64,000 bases of DNA from an uncultured delta proteobacterium (GCA_963841435.1 CAWJCS010000006.1:352001-416000); one strand, 5' to 3'; numbered from the stretch's first letter, positions 42,306 to 54,680 are shown. Notes: a model not told the origin generated them from the letters alone. Numbers and translations: made by a program.

Positions 42306-42462
42306 CGTGATCCTCGGGACAGTTGCCGGGTTATCCTTAGGGCCAAGCCCGACCCTTGCCCAGCGGGAAACGGCCCGCTCCTAGCACACCCCGCGGGCTT
42401 GGGCCCCCCGGAGGGGCCGTTTTCCCGTGACGGCAGAGCGGCCGGTTCCCCGGCCCGGTGGC

Positions 42463-43926
42463 TCACAGCTCGTGGGGCATGAGATCGTACGGCGAACGGA
42501 AGAACTGTTGCGGTGAGTACGCCGACAGGCACGACACGCGCCGCATGTAGATGTCCGCGTAGAGCTCCACCTGGAGCCCGAAGCTCGACATCTCGTTCTG
42601 CTCCTTGAGCAGCGAGCCGAAGTAGGGGTGAAATTGAGCCGAGACCCGTTCGGCGCGCGCGTCCGCCTCCGCGAGGTTCCCCCTGAGCTCGGCGCGCACA
42701 CGCTCGAGGGCACGCTTGACCCGCAAGCGCTCCAGATCGTTCTTCTCGCTCGACGCGCGTGTGAGCTCCTTGAAGCGTGCTTGATAGAAGCGCAGCTCGT
42801 CCTCGAGCTCCTCGCGCTGCTCGTCGAGCTCGCGCATGCGCTTCAAATCGAGGCTCGACGATTCGTGTGCGGCGACCTCGTCGCCGAGCTCCTGGATGAT
42901 CATGGCGGTGTACCACGACGTTTCCTTTTTCGAACGCAGGATGTCGCCGTAGATGTGGTCGCCAACGTAAAGGATGCTCGAGCCCGGGACGTCGAGCAGC
43001 CGCTCGAATTCCTCCAGGTTGCCCCCTTCGTAGGCCTTGCCGCGCTCGAGCGCGCCGCGCACTGGGCGTAGCGCGTCGCCGTCGCGCTCCATGAGCGGGC
43101 GGCCGTCCTGGAACCAGCTCGGCTTCTTGGCTGAGCAGATCACGAACTCGAAGAAGTGGCGCCAGCTCGGGTACTCGGGCATCGCCTCGCCGAGCAGGTA
43201 CGTCATCATGAGGTCGGTGTAGCTCCAGGGCGAGTTCGTAAGCAAAAATAGCCGCTTGCCCGCCGAGCGCAGCTTGTGCAGCGTGCGCGCGAGCTCGGCG
43301 TCGCGATCGACGAACTCGTCGAACGCTGCGGTCACGACGCGGTAGACGGTGCCGTCCGCGTGGGCCTCGTCGATCGAGGCGCGCACGTCCTGGAACAGCC
43401 GGTCGTAGTCCACGGTCTCGCCGCGTGCCTCGAGTGCGCTCACGACGGCGGCGTAGCTCGTGACTTCGCTGAGCGCGAAGAGCGTGTCGATCCAATGGTA
43501 GCGCGCGGTGTGCGGCCGAATGCGCTTGTCGTGGTAGAGCGCGGCGAGCTCGTCATGCGGCAGCCGCCTCATGCCGTGGTAGCCGCGGTGCACGACCTTG
43601 TAGCGGTCCATCTTGAGCACGTGGCCGTACTTGCGGTCGACGAGGAGGCCCCGGATGGGAAAGCGGGGATCGTAGGTGAGATCGCGCAGGGTAGCCGGGT
43701 AGCCGCGGCGGATCAGGCGCTCGACGGTGAGCTCGACGCTCAGCGCGTCCATCCTGTCCTGGCGGTAGATCGCCAGGGTGTAGTCCATGTCGAAGCCGAT
43801 CCACTCGATGCCCGACAGACGAAGATCGCGGTTCACGAAGACGCGGTCGGCGCGCGGGATTTTGTTGGGTTGCGACGGCGGCCCCGCGATGCCGTCGAGC
43901 GGGAGCAGAAGCTGGTGGATCGCCAC
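42463..43926 (-). CDS. HAD-IG 5'-nucleotidase (cN-II-like)
   Basis: GFDMDYTLA, LLTNS, KKPSWF, YVGDHIYGDI. Confidence 0.93.
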   Translation of the reverse strand: MAIHQLLLPLDGIAGPPSQPNKIPRADRVFVNRDLRLSGIEWIGFDMDYTLAIYRQDRMDALSVELTVERLIRRGYPATLRDLTYDPRFPIRGLLVDRKYGHVLKMDRYKVVHRGYHGMRRLPHDELAALYHDKRIRPHTARYHWIDTLFALSEVTSYAAVVSALEARGETVDYDRLFQDVRASIDEAHADGTVYRVVTAAFDEFVDRDAELARTLHKLRSAGKRLFLLTNSPWSYTDLMMTYLLGEAMPEYPSWRHFFEFVICSAKKPSWFQDGRPLMERDGDALRPVRGALERGKAYEGGNLEEFERLLDVPGSSILYVGDHIYGDILRSKKETSWYTAMIIQELGDEVAAHESSSLDLKRMRELDEQREELEDELRFYQARFKELTRASSEKNDLERLRVKRALERVRAELRGNLAEADARAERVSAQFHPYFGSLLKEQNEMSSFGLQVELYADIYMRRVSCLSAYSPQQFFRSPYDLMPHEL

Positions 43927-43969
43927 GTGTGCTCGGATCCGGAAAGCTTAGCACCGACCCGACACGAGG

Positions 43970-45046
43970 TCAGAAAGCGGCGCGCGGGACGACACCGTGG
44001 CCCTTCGCGCCGACGTCGAGCGCGAGGCGGGGCCCCGTGGCGTCGTACCCCCCCGCGAACGGGTCCGTCTCGAGGAAGAACGGCGTGTCGAGATCGACGA
44101 ACGCGAAGCCTCCGAGGCCGCCCGCGAGGCACGCCGACATGCCCATGGCGAGGCGCGTCTCGACCATGCCGCCCACCATCAAGCCGAGCCCGGCGGCCCG
44201 GGCGCCGATCGCGATGTCGAGGGCGCCCACGACGCCGCTCTTCATGATCTTCACGTTGACGACATCGGCGGCTTCGCTCCGCACGAGCTGTTCGAGGTCG
44301 GCCAGCGTCCGCACGCTCTCGTCGGCTGCGACGACGGCGCCGGCCTCGCGCACGGCCCGCAAGCTCGCGAGGTCGTCTGCCTCCGTCGGCTGCTCGAACA
44401 GCACGACGCGCTCGCGGAGCGAGCCCAAGGCCCGCAGCATGCGGATGGCCTCTTCGGCGGACAGGCTCGCGTTGGCGTCGAGCACGAAACGCGCTTCGGG
44501 CGCGGCCGCCGCGGCGCAGCGCAGCCGTTCGAGGTCGTGCACGAGCGGCGCGCCGCCCACCTTGAGCTTGAGCGTCGAGAACCCGGCGTCGCGCGCGGCC
44601 GTGGCTTGCGTCGTCGCCTGCTCGGCGCTCCCGGTCGTGAGCGTGATGTCGGTCTCGAGCGCGGGGTCTGCGCCGCCGAAGAAGTGGAATAGCGAGATGC
44701 CCGCGTGGCGAGCGAAGGCGTCGAGCAGCGCCGTCTCGAACGCGCACAGGGCGCTCGGTGTCGCCGCGAGGGCGAGACGGGCCACGCGCGATGCCGCGCG
44801 CCAGCTCTGGAGCTCGAGCCCCACGAGCGAGTGCTCGGCGGCGGCGAGCGCCGCCATGACGGCGTCGCGCGTCTCGCCCGACACCGCGCGAAACGGTGCG
44901 GCCTCGCCGTAGCCCCGCGTGCCGTCCTCGGCGGTCAGCGTGACGAGCACGTTCTCGGCGACCGTTTGCGAGCCCGTGGCGATGCCGAACGCTTCTCGGA
45001 GCTCCACGTCGAAGCGGGTGACCTCGAGCTTCTGGATCCGCGGCAT
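43970..45046 (-). CDS. Dipeptide (L-Ala-D/L-Glu) epimerase, enolase superfamily
   Basis: GYGEAAP, LKLKVG, DAN, EQP, ADES, VKIMKSG, DLD. Confidence 0.88.
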   Translation of the reverse strand: MPRIQKLEVTRFDVELREAFGIATGSQTVAENVLVTLTAEDGTRGYGEAAPFRAVSGETRDAVMAALAAAEHSLVGLELQSWRAASRVARLALAATPSALCAFETALLDAFARHAGISLFHFFGGADPALETDITLTTGSAEQATTQATAARDAGFSTLKLKVGGAPLVHDLERLRCAAAAAPEARFVLDANASLSAEEAIRMLRALGSLRERVVLFEQPTEADDLASLRAVREAGAVVAADESVRTLADLEQLVRSEAADVVNVKIMKSGVVGALDIAIGARAAGLGLMVGGMVETRLAMGMSACLAGGLGGFAFVDLDTPFFLETDPFAGGYDATGPRLALDVGAKGHGVVPRAAF

Positions 45047-45075
45047 GTCCCGGGTGATGAGGGTACACTCTCCCG

Positions 45076-45783
45076 GTGCGCCCGCTCGCGATTCTGGTCA
45101 CCGGAGACCCGGTCGAAACCGTGGGTCGCCGCCGCGGGCCGTTCGCGGAGCTCTTTCGCGCCGCGCTCGGCGAGGACGGGGCGGGCGAGCTCTTGTCCTT
45201 CGATGCCCGGCGTGGCGAGCTTCCGGCCCCGGGCCAGGTGGCGGCGCTCATCATCACCGGCTCGGCTGCGTCGGTCACCTCGCGCGAGCCGTGGATGGTG
45301 GCCTCCGAGCGGGGGGTCGCCCGGCTCGTCGCCGACGGCGTGCCCACGCTCGGCGTCTGCTTCGGGCACCAGCTGCTCGCCCAGGCGCTCGGCGGCGAGG
45401 TGACTCAGAACCCCCTCGGGCGCGAGATGGGGACGGTCAGCCTGAGCGTAGTCGCCGACGATCCCTGGCTTTCGGGCCTCCCCGAGCGACTCGACACCAA
45501 TATGAGCCATCGCGACTCGGCGCTCAGGCTGCCCGAGGGCGCACGCGTGCTCGGGCGCACCGAGCTCGAGCCGCACGCGCTGGTGCGCTTCGGGGAGCGC
45601 ACCGTCGGCATGCAATTCCACCCCGAGTTCGACGGCGACGTGATGCGCGCCTACATCGAGGCCCGTCGTGAAGTGCTCGCCGTCGAGGGCGTGGCGCCCG
45701 ACGGCCTCGCGGCTCGTGACGCGCCGCTCGCCGTCGAGCTGCTCAGGCGCTTCGTGCGCTCGTTTCGCGACCTTCAGCCGTAA
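45076..45783 (+). CDS. Class I glutamine amidotransferase-like protein
   Basis: ITGS, LGVCFGHQLLA (Cys), QFHPE (His-Glu). Confidence 0.9.
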   Translation: MRPLAILVTGDPVETVGRRRGPFAELFRAALGEDGAGELLSFDARRGELPAPGQVAALIITGSAASVTSREPWMVASERGVARLVADGVPTLGVCFGHQLLAQALGGEVTQNPLGREMGTVSLSVVADDPWLSGLPERLDTNMSHRDSALRLPEGARVLGRTELEPHALVRFGERTVGMQFHPEFDGDVMRAYIEARREVLAVEGVAPDGLAARDAPLAVELLRRFVRSFRDLQP

Positions 45784-45858
45784 ATCGCTTGGCGCCGCGG
45801 GCGTGGGGTCCCTTCGGGCGTTGCGGGGAGGAGGTCTCGACGCTATGAGCCCGCGTCC

Positions 45859-46962
45859 ATGGGCTTCTCCTGCGGCATCGTCGGGCTCCCCAACGTCGGC
45901 AAAAGCACGTTGTTCAATTCGCTTTCGAGCGCCAAGGCCGAGGCGGCAAACTTTCCGTTTTGCACGATCGAGCCGAACGTCGGGGTCGTCACCGTGCCCG
46001 ACCCGCGTGTCGAGGCGCTCGCCAAAGTCTGCGACCCCGAGCGCAAGGTCTACACGACGATCCGCTTCGTCGACATCGCGGGACTCGTGCGCGGCGCGTC
46101 CAAGGGGGAGGGGCTCGGCAACCAGTTCCTTTCCCACATCCGCGAGGTCGACGCCGTCGCGCACGTCGTCCGCTGCTTCACCGACGAGAACGTCGTGCAC
46201 GTCGAGGGGCGCGTCGATCCGGTCGCGGACATCGCCACGATCGACACCGAGCTTTGCCTCAAGGATCTCGACACCGTCAACAAGCGCCTCGACCGCGCCC
46301 GCAAGCAGTCGAAGAGCGGCGACCCAGAGGAACGGCTCGCCGTCGGGCTGTGCGAGCGACTCAGCGCTCACCTCGATCAGGGCAAGCCCGCGCGCTCGTT
46401 CGCACTCGCGGAGTCCGAGCAGGGCATCGTGCGCGAGCTGTCGCTTTTGACGGCCAAGCCCGTCTTTTACGTCGCGAACGTCGACGAGGCGTCGCTCGGC
46501 AAGCTCGAAGAGAACCCACACTACGTGGCGCTCACGGCCTACGCACGCGCCGAGGGCTCGCGCGTCGTGCCGATCTCGGCGGCGCTCGAGGCGCAGATCG
46601 CCGAGCTCGAGCCGCCAGAGCGGCCGGACTTTCTCGCGAGCGCGGGGCTCGAGGAGCCAGGGCTCTTCGCGGTGATTCGCACGGGGTACGAGCTGCTCGG
46701 CCTCATCACCTTCCTCACGGCCGGCAAGCAGGAGGTGCGCGCCTGGACGGTGAGGAAAGGTGCGACAGCGCCGCAGGCCGCCGGTGTCATCCACACCGAC
46801 TTCGAGCGCGGCTTCATCAAGGCCGAGGTCATCCGCTGGGAGGATTACGTGGCGCTCGGGAGCGAGGCCAAGTGCCGAGAAGCCGGAAAGCTTGCCATCG
46901 AGGGGAAGGACTACGTCGTAAAAGACGGCGACGTGATGCACTTTCGCTTCAACGTGAGCTAA
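45859..46962 (+). CDS. ychF: Redox-regulated ATPase YchF
   Basis: GIVGLPNVGKSTLFN, ANFPFCTIEPN, GEGLGNQFL, DGDVMHFRFNV. Confidence 0.97.
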   Translation: MGFSCGIVGLPNVGKSTLFNSLSSAKAEAANFPFCTIEPNVGVVTVPDPRVEALAKVCDPERKVYTTIRFVDIAGLVRGASKGEGLGNQFLSHIREVDAVAHVVRCFTDENVVHVEGRVDPVADIATIDTELCLKDLDTVNKRLDRARKQSKSGDPEERLAVGLCERLSAHLDQGKPARSFALAESEQGIVRELSLLTAKPVFYVANVDEASLGKLEENPHYVALTAYARAEGSRVVPISAALEAQIAELEPPERPDFLASAGLEEPGLFAVIRTGYELLGLITFLTAGKQEVRAWTVRKGATAPQAAGVIHTDFERGFIKAEVIRWEDYVALGSEAKCREAGKLAIEGKDYVVKDGDVMHFRFNVS

Positions 46963-46978
46963 CCTAAGGGATCGTCCG

Positions 46979-47347
46979 ATGCGGCTCTCGCTGCCCCACG
47001 TCGCTTTTTTCCTCGCGCCTCTCGGCTGTGCCCCTGCCACCAAGGTGGTGCCGCTCCAGCAGCCGAACGCCTACCGCATCGAATGCGTCGAGCCCGGGGG
47101 CTGCCAGCGGAAGGCGGCGGAGACCTGCGGCTCGCGGTTTGCCGTGGTGAGTGAGTGGAAGAGCCCGATTGCGGAGAGCGACCTGCCGGGACCGAACGAA
47201 TACACGGAGCACACCGGCGTGCTCGGTGAGACGCGCGCTTTCCCGCGGCAGTCGACGTTCGCCGAGCCCACGTCGAACGCAGGGCCCACGTTCGAGTCCC
47301 TCGAGCCGATCGGCATGACCGAGCTCGAGGTGGTCTGCTCGCGCTAG
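46979..47347 (+). CDS. Small hypothetical lipoprotein
   Basis: Lipobox PLGC; C...C...AAETC pattern. Confidence 0.7.
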   Translation: MRLSLPHVAFFLAPLGCAPATKVVPLQQPNAYRIECVEPGGCQRKAAETCGSRFAVVSEWKSPIAESDLPGPNEYTEHTGVLGETRAFPRQSTFAEPTSNAGPTFESLEPIGMTELEVVCSR

Positions 47348-47373
47348 TCCTGATCGCGGAGCAGCGCTTCGCG

Positions 47374-47826
47374 TCAGCGAGTGCTCACGGCGTCGAGCCA
47401 CTGCGCGTGGAGGTCGGCGAGGCTCTCGACGGGTACCGGGCCGCCGAACGCGCCCGCGAAGCGCGCCGCCCACACGCTGACGACCAGCACGAGCAGCGCC
47501 GCGAAGGCCGTGGTCGCCGCGCGCCCCGTCCACCAGCCAGGCGGTGGCAAGGCGCGGCCCGGTCCGCGCACGTAGTCGAGCAGCACCTTGCCGAGCGCAC
47601 CCGCGAACAGCGGCACGAGCAACGGCGAGAGCGGATGGTAGTGGAGGGCAGTGCCAAGCTCGCCGTGCAGCATCGCGACCGTCGCGCGCGTGAGCCCGCA
47701 GCCTGGGCACGGCACCCCGAAGAAGAGCGCGGCCGGGCAGAACGGCGGACCGAACGCCGCGAAGAGCGAACCGCAGGCGGCGACCAGCCCGGCGACGAGC
47801 GCCCGCCGTGCCGCCGCGCGTTCCAC
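47374..47826 (-). CDS. DUF2752 family membrane protein
   Basis: FCPAALFFGVPCPGCGLTRA...LHGE...ALHYHPL; GTG start just after the upstream stop. Confidence 0.88.
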   Translation of the reverse strand: MERAAARRALVAGLVAACGSLFAAFGPPFCPAALFFGVPCPGCGLTRATVAMLHGELGTALHYHPLSPLLVPLFAGALGKVLLDYVRGPGRALPPPGWWTGRAATTAFAALLVLVVSVWAARFAGAFGGPVPVESLADLHAQWLDAVSTR

Positions 47827-47828
47827 GG

Positions 47829-49088
47829 CTAGCTCGGCTGTGCGCCGCCGGAGGCCTGCCACATCTCGTTCAGGTCCATGGGCAGGAAGTAGAGCGACAG
47901 GAAGAGGTAGAGGACCGGGTGTGGCACCTGCGGGTTCGGAACGCCGGCCATCTGCTTGGCCTCGAGGATCTTCGGCGGGAGGTTCCACATCTGGATCAGC
48001 CCGAGGATGGGGACGAAAAAGAGGATCGGGTTGATGTCGTCCTTGCCGCGGAACGCCTTGAGCTCGTTCAGCATCCCCCACAGCTGGATGAGCGCGTACA
48101 CGAAGCAGAGCATGCCGACGACGAGCACCATCACGGGGTTGCGCGTCTTGCCGACGGGGCCGCGCCCGCCGGCAGGCACGGGGACGAGCGGACCGCCCGG
48201 TGCGCCGGGATAGGGCGCGGGCGCACCGTAACCACCGCCGGGGGCGGCCGGGGGGCCGTAGCCCTGCTGGCCTTGCGGTTGCCCGTAGCCCCCGGGCTGC
48301 CCGTAGGCTCCGGGTTGACCGTAGCCCTGCTGCTGACCGGGTGGAGGAGCGAAGCCCCCCGGACCCGGCTGCTGCTGCCCGTAACCAACACCTGGTGGCG
48401 GGAAGCCATGTTGGTGCTGCTGGTGGTGCTGTTGTTCAGGGGGCTGCCCGTAGCCGCCACCTGGCGGCGGTCCGTATCCTGGCGGGCCGCCCGGAGGTGG
48501 GCCGAAGCCGCCCGCAGGATTGGGTGAGCCACCTGGAGGGCCGCCGTAGGGCCCGCCGCCCTGGCCGTAGGGATTGAACCCGACACCCGCAGGGTCGGCG
48601 ACCATCGTACCGCCGAGCGGATTGACGCCACCCGGAGGCGGGCCAGCGGGCGGGGATCCGGGTGAGGGCGGCGCACCCATGGGAGGCAGGGGTGCACCCA
48701 TGGGTGCTGGAGGGGCACCGGGAGGTGGGCCGGCCGCGGGCGGCGGCGCGCCGAACTGGGGCGGCGGGGCGGGCGAACCAGGCGGCGGAGCGTGCGCGCC
48801 CATCGATGGCGGAGCGACGCCCAGCATCGTGCCCTTCATGGCCGGACGACCTGGGCCCCCCGGAGCTGGCCCCGCGGCCGGAGCTGCGGGTGGTTGAGCG
48901 GGCGGCGGCGCGCCAGCGCCAGGCGGCGCCGCAGGGGCACCGGGCGGACGATTGATGCCCGCGGGGGCGTTCATCATCAGCATGGTCCCCTTGAACTTGG
49001 GGGCCGCTGCGCCCTTTAGGTTGAACCCACACTTTTTGCAGGTCGTCGCCGCGTTGTCATTCTCAGTGCCACAGTTCGGGCAAAACAC
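47829..49088 (-). CDS. Zinc-ribbon + Pro/Gly/Gln-rich linker + DUF4234-like membrane domain protein
   Basis: MFCPNCG...CKKCG; long low-complexity region; GKTRNPVMVLV...W...NEL membrane domain. Confidence 0.82.
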   Translation of the reverse strand: MFCPNCGTENDNAATTCKKCGFNLKGAAAPKFKGTMLMMNAPAGINRPPGAPAAPPGAGAPPPAQPPAAPAAGPAPGGPGRPAMKGTMLGVAPPSMGAHAPPPGSPAPPPQFGAPPPAAGPPPGAPPAPMGAPLPPMGAPPSPGSPPAGPPPGGVNPLGGTMVADPAGVGFNPYGQGGGPYGGPPGGSPNPAGGFGPPPGGPPGYGPPPGGGYGQPPEQQHHQQHQHGFPPPGVGYGQQQPGPGGFAPPPGQQQGYGQPGAYGQPGGYGQPQGQQGYGPPAAPGGGYGAPAPYPGAPGGPLVPVPAGGRGPVGKTRNPVMVLVVGMLCFVYALIQLWGMLNELKAFRGKDDINPILFFVPILGLIQMWNLPPKILEAKQMAGVPNPQVPHPVLYLFLSLYFLPMDLNEMWQASGGAQPS

Positions 49089-49196
49089 ACCGCACCTCCG
49101 CGAGGTTTGCTCGGCATCGAGCGGGTCCCTACCCTAGAGCGCCCCCCGACGTACTACAAGCGGGTTCATTCGAAGTGAGCTTGGCGAGGGGCGAGC

Positions 49197-49225
49197 TTGA
49201 CACCGAGCTTTGCGCTCACTACGTT
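49197..49225 (+). promoter_or_regulatory. Sigma70 promoter of the nuo operon
   Basis: TTGACA-17 bp-TACGTT, about 100 bp before nuoE. Confidence 0.7.
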
Positions 49226-49328
49226 CGCGTCGCCGAAAACCCGCCGCTCTTCCCACCTTCTCTCGCTCCGCGCCCGCGATGGACCGACCCGCGTTTCGCA
49301 GAGCCCATTCCACAGTCCGGAAACACCC

Positions 49329-49821
49329 ATGGCTTTTTCGCTCACCGCCGAGCAAAACCGCCAACTCGAACGGATCCTCGCGCGCTATCCGAACAAGATG
49401 GCCGCGTGCATCCCCGTGCTTCACCTCTGCCAGGAGGCGAACGAGAACTGGGTGTCGGACGAGGTGATCGAGTTCGTGTCGAAGCGGCTCGACCTGAGCC
49501 CGGCGCACGTGACAGGGCGTCGTCACGTTCTACACGCTGTTCAACCAGAGCCGCCGTCGGCAAGCACCAGGTCTGGGTCTGCCGCACGCTCTCCTGCGCG
49601 CTTGCGCGGCAGCGAGGCGATCCTCATGCACTGCGAGAAGCGGCTCGGCTGTCCACGCCGGCGAGACCAGCAAGGACGGCAAGGTCACGCTGCGCACCGC
49701 CGAGTGTCTCGCCTCGTGCGGCACGGCGCCGATGATGCAGGTCGACAAGCGCTACCACGAGAATCTGACCATCGAGAAGGTGGACCGGCATCCTCGACGC
49801 GCTCACCCGGCTGAGCGAGCG

Positions 49822-49825
<4 letters not shown>
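49329..49825 (+). CDS. nuoE: NADH-quinone oxidoreductase subunit E (multiple frameshifts; end approximate)
   Basis: ILARYPNKMAACIPVLH; VTFYTLF; VCRTLSC; ECLASCGTAPMMQVD, spread across frames. Confidence 0.9.
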
Positions 49826-51171
<1,346 letters not shown>

Positions 51172-51175
<4 letters not shown>

Positions 51176-51798
51176 TGCAGGTCGGAAACCTCTTCTTCTT
51201 GCTGATGGCGGCCACGAGCCTCGCCGGGGCGCTCGGTACCGTGGCGGCGCGGAACCCCATCCGCTGCGCCGTGGGCCTGCTGGTCACGATCGTCGGGCAT
51301 CGCCGGGCTTGTTCCTGCGGCTCAACGCGCAGTTTCTCGCGGCCATCCAGCTCATCGTCTACGCGGGCGCCGTCGTCGTGCTGTTCGTCTTCGTCATCAT
51401 GCTGCTCGGTCCCGACGCGGGCGCCGCAGCCGGCGGCATCCCGAAGACGCGGCTCTCGCGCGTGTTCGCCGGGCTCCTCGTTTCGGCGTCGTTGCCGTGG
51501 GCGGCGGTCGTGCTCACGGCGCGCGTGAGCACGCCCACGCCGTTCGGCCCGGTCGGCGCCGGAGCACGGCAGCGTCGAGCTCGTCGGGCGCGAGCTTTTC
51601 ACGAGCGCCATCGTTCCGTTCGAGCTCTCGACGGCGCTGCTCATCGTGGCCGTCGTGGGCGCCATCGCCGTCGCTCGCGCGCATCAGGGCGAGAAGCGAA
51701 AGGTGCCGCCGAGCAAGCTCGCCCCGCCGCAGCGCCTGTTCCACGGGCCGCTGCTCCCGCGGGACGCCGGGCGCCCGCTCGGCAAGGAGAGCGCGTGA
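51172..51798 (+). CDS. nuoJ: NADH-quinone oxidoreductase subunit J (frameshifted)
   Basis: [41 protein letters not shown]. Confidence 0.9.
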
Positions 51799-52118
51799 TG
51801 GCCGAGGTCGGACTGTTGGTGGAGCACTACGTCGCGGCTCGCGGGCGATCCTGTTCACGCTCGGCGCGATCGGCTTTCTGGTGCGGCGCAACGTGCTCGT
51901 GCAGCTCATGAGCATCGAGCTGATGCTGAACGCCGTGAACCTCGCGCTCGTCGCGTTCAACCGCCAGTCACACGGGCGACATGCACGGTCAGATGTTCGC
52001 CTTCTTCATCATCGCCGTCGCCGCGGCCGAAGCTGCGGTCGGCCTCGCCATCGTGCTCGCCTTTTACCGCTTGAAGTCCACCGTCATGAGCGACGAGGGA
52101 GACCAGCTCAAGCTCTGA
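51798..52118 (+). CDS. nuoK: NADH-quinone oxidoreductase subunit K (frameshifted)
   Basis: [33 protein letters not shown]. Confidence 0.9.
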
Positions 52119-52139
52119 TCTCGAGCTCCGAAAGACGCC

Positions 52140-54680
52140 ATGCAGTCGCTCACCGCCTTGTTTCCCGCACACGACTGCGACGCTCCTCGCGTTCATCGTG
52201 CTCTTGCCGCTGGTCGGCGCCATCGTGAACGGCGTGTTCGGCAAGCGGCTCGGCCGCGAAGCCGTGACCCTCATGGGCCTCACGAGCATTGCGCTGCCTT
52301 GTTCTCGTGAGCCTCGTCGCCTTCGTCATGCTCGGGGGCGCCGCAGGCGGCGCAGGCAGCCCCGCGCGCCTCAGCTGGACGGGCTGGGAGTGGCTGCAGC
52401 TCTCGCTCGTGGGTGGCGGTACCTTCTCGGTCTCGGTCGGGCTCATGCTCGACGCGCTGAGCGGCGACGATGGCGCTCGTCGTCACGGGCGTCGGCTTTC
52501 TCATCCACCTCTACTCCTCGAAGTACATGGAGGAGGATCCCGGCTACCACCGCTTCTTCACGTACCTGAACCTCTTCATCTTCTCGATGCTGGTGCTGAT
52601 CCTCGGCGACAGCTTGCCGGTGCTGTTCGTCGGGTGGGAGGGCGTGGGGCTCTGCAGCTACCTGCTCATCGGCTTCTGGTTCGACGACGAAAAGAACGCT
52701 GCGGCGGGCAAGAAGGCCTTCATCGCCAACCGCGTCGGCGACTTCGGGCTGCTCGTCGCCATGGGGCTGCTCGTCTACTACGTCGGCTCGCTCGACTGGG
52801 TGGGCATCGAGCGCGGGCGCTCGCAACAGACCTCATCGCAGCCGCATGGCGATCTGTCCAGTCGACTGCCCGGCTCTTCGGCATGAGCGCGCCGATCTAC
52901 GCCTACCGCGGCCACGCTCGTCGGCCTTGCGCTGTTCCTCGGCTGCGCCGGCAAGAGCGCGCAGATCCCGCTCTACGTGTGGCTACCGGACGCCATGGCC
53001 GGCCCCACGCCGGTGAGCGCGCTCATCCACGCCGCCACGATGGTGACGGCCGGCGTCTACCTCGTCTGCCGCATGTCGTTCATCTTCGTGCTGAGCCCGG
53101 CGGCGATGTTCACGGTCGCGCTCATCGGAGCGCTCACCGCGCGTCTTCGCGGCTACCATCGCGTTCGCTCAAAACGACATCAAGAAGGTGCTCGCCTACT
53201 CCACGGTGAGCCAGCTCGGCTACATGTTCCTCGGCGTGGGCGTCGGGGCATTCACGGCCGGGTTCTTCCACGTCATCACCCACGCCTTCTTCAAGGCCTG
53301 CCTCTTCCTCGGCGCCGGCTCGGTCATTCACGCGATGCACGCCCGCATCCACGACGCGGACGCCTCGCAGGACATGCGCCACATGGGCGGACTGCGGCGC
53401 TACCTGCCGATCACGTTCTGGACGTTCGCGGCGGCCTGTGCGGCCATCGTCGGCTTCCCGCTCACGAGCGGCTTCTTCTCGAAGGACGCCATCCTCCTCA
53501 GCGCGTTCACGAGCTCGGTGAAGGTGGAGCACGAGCGAATTCCGCTCGCGCGCGGCGGCACGTTCGATCTCTTCCTGTGGCCGAGCTGGGGCGGCGAGCT
53601 GCTCTACGGGCTCGGGCTGGCGGGCGCCGTGATGACGGCGTTCTACATGACGCGCCTTTTCATCGGCATCTTCTTCGGCGAATTTCCGCGGCTGGAAGAT
53701 CGTGAGAAGTGGCAGCCGCCAGCCCACGAGCACGGCCACGACGACCACGCTCACGAGCAGCCCGGCCCGGGGCTCAAAGGTCCGACGCCCCACGAGTCGC
53801 CGTGGCAGATGTGGGTGCCGCTCGCGATCCTCGGCGGTCTCTCGCTCGTCGCGGGCCTCTTGAACGCGCACCTGCTCGACATCCACGCGTTCGACCACTT
53901 CCTCGAGCCGGTGTTCGCGAAGGCCGCCGAAAGCGTGCACAAAAGCGAGGAGATCGCGGACGCCCCGTTCCTGGTGGCCGCCGTCGCGGCCTTCGCTCTC
54001 GGGTCGGGCAGCGCGTACTGGGTTTACGTCACGCGGCAGGGTGAGCCGGCGCGGGCGTTCACGGAGCGCTCGCCCGGCCTGTATGCGCTCGTGCGCGACA
54101 AGTGGCGCATCGACGAGCTCTACGAGGAAACGGTGATCGGCGCGGTGGACTCGCTGGCGGACATCGCCAAGGGATTCGACAAATGGGTGGTGGACGGCAT
54201 CATCGCCCGGCTCACTGCGTTCGTGGTGTCCGCGGCCGGCGGCATGCTGCGGGTGCTCCAGACCGGCAAGGTCCAAGCGTATGCCTTCGCGATGGTCGTG
54301 GGGCTCGCAGGGGTCGGCTGGTTCTTCTTCGCGCCACACGCCGAGGCCAGGGTGACGTCCGACGACGAGAAGGGCTCCTACGTCGTCGCACTCGCGCCGG
54401 GCCCCGGCTACGCCTACCGCTGGGACGCCGACGGTGACGGCAAGTGGGACGACCGTGAGCGCTTCAGCGGCAAACGCGAGCTCAAGTTCGATCTGGCCGT
54501 CGCCGAAGAGAAGAAGGTGCGCTTCGAGGTGCGCAACGTCTTCGGCCAGACCACCGAACGCACGCTCTCGATCGCGCGCCCGAAACCCGACCTCTCGGGG
54601 GCGGACCCGCAGGCCCAGCGCCTCGGTGGTGACCAGGGCGGGCAGCCACCCAAGGCCGCGCCGCCCGGCGGGAGGGCGCC

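Noticed and set aside
42306..42430. Possible cobalamin riboswitch before exbB (GGGAA and GCAACTGT on the minus strand)
   Set aside because: Lacks the GGTG..AATCC core and the B12 box; GCAACTGT sits directly against the start codon.
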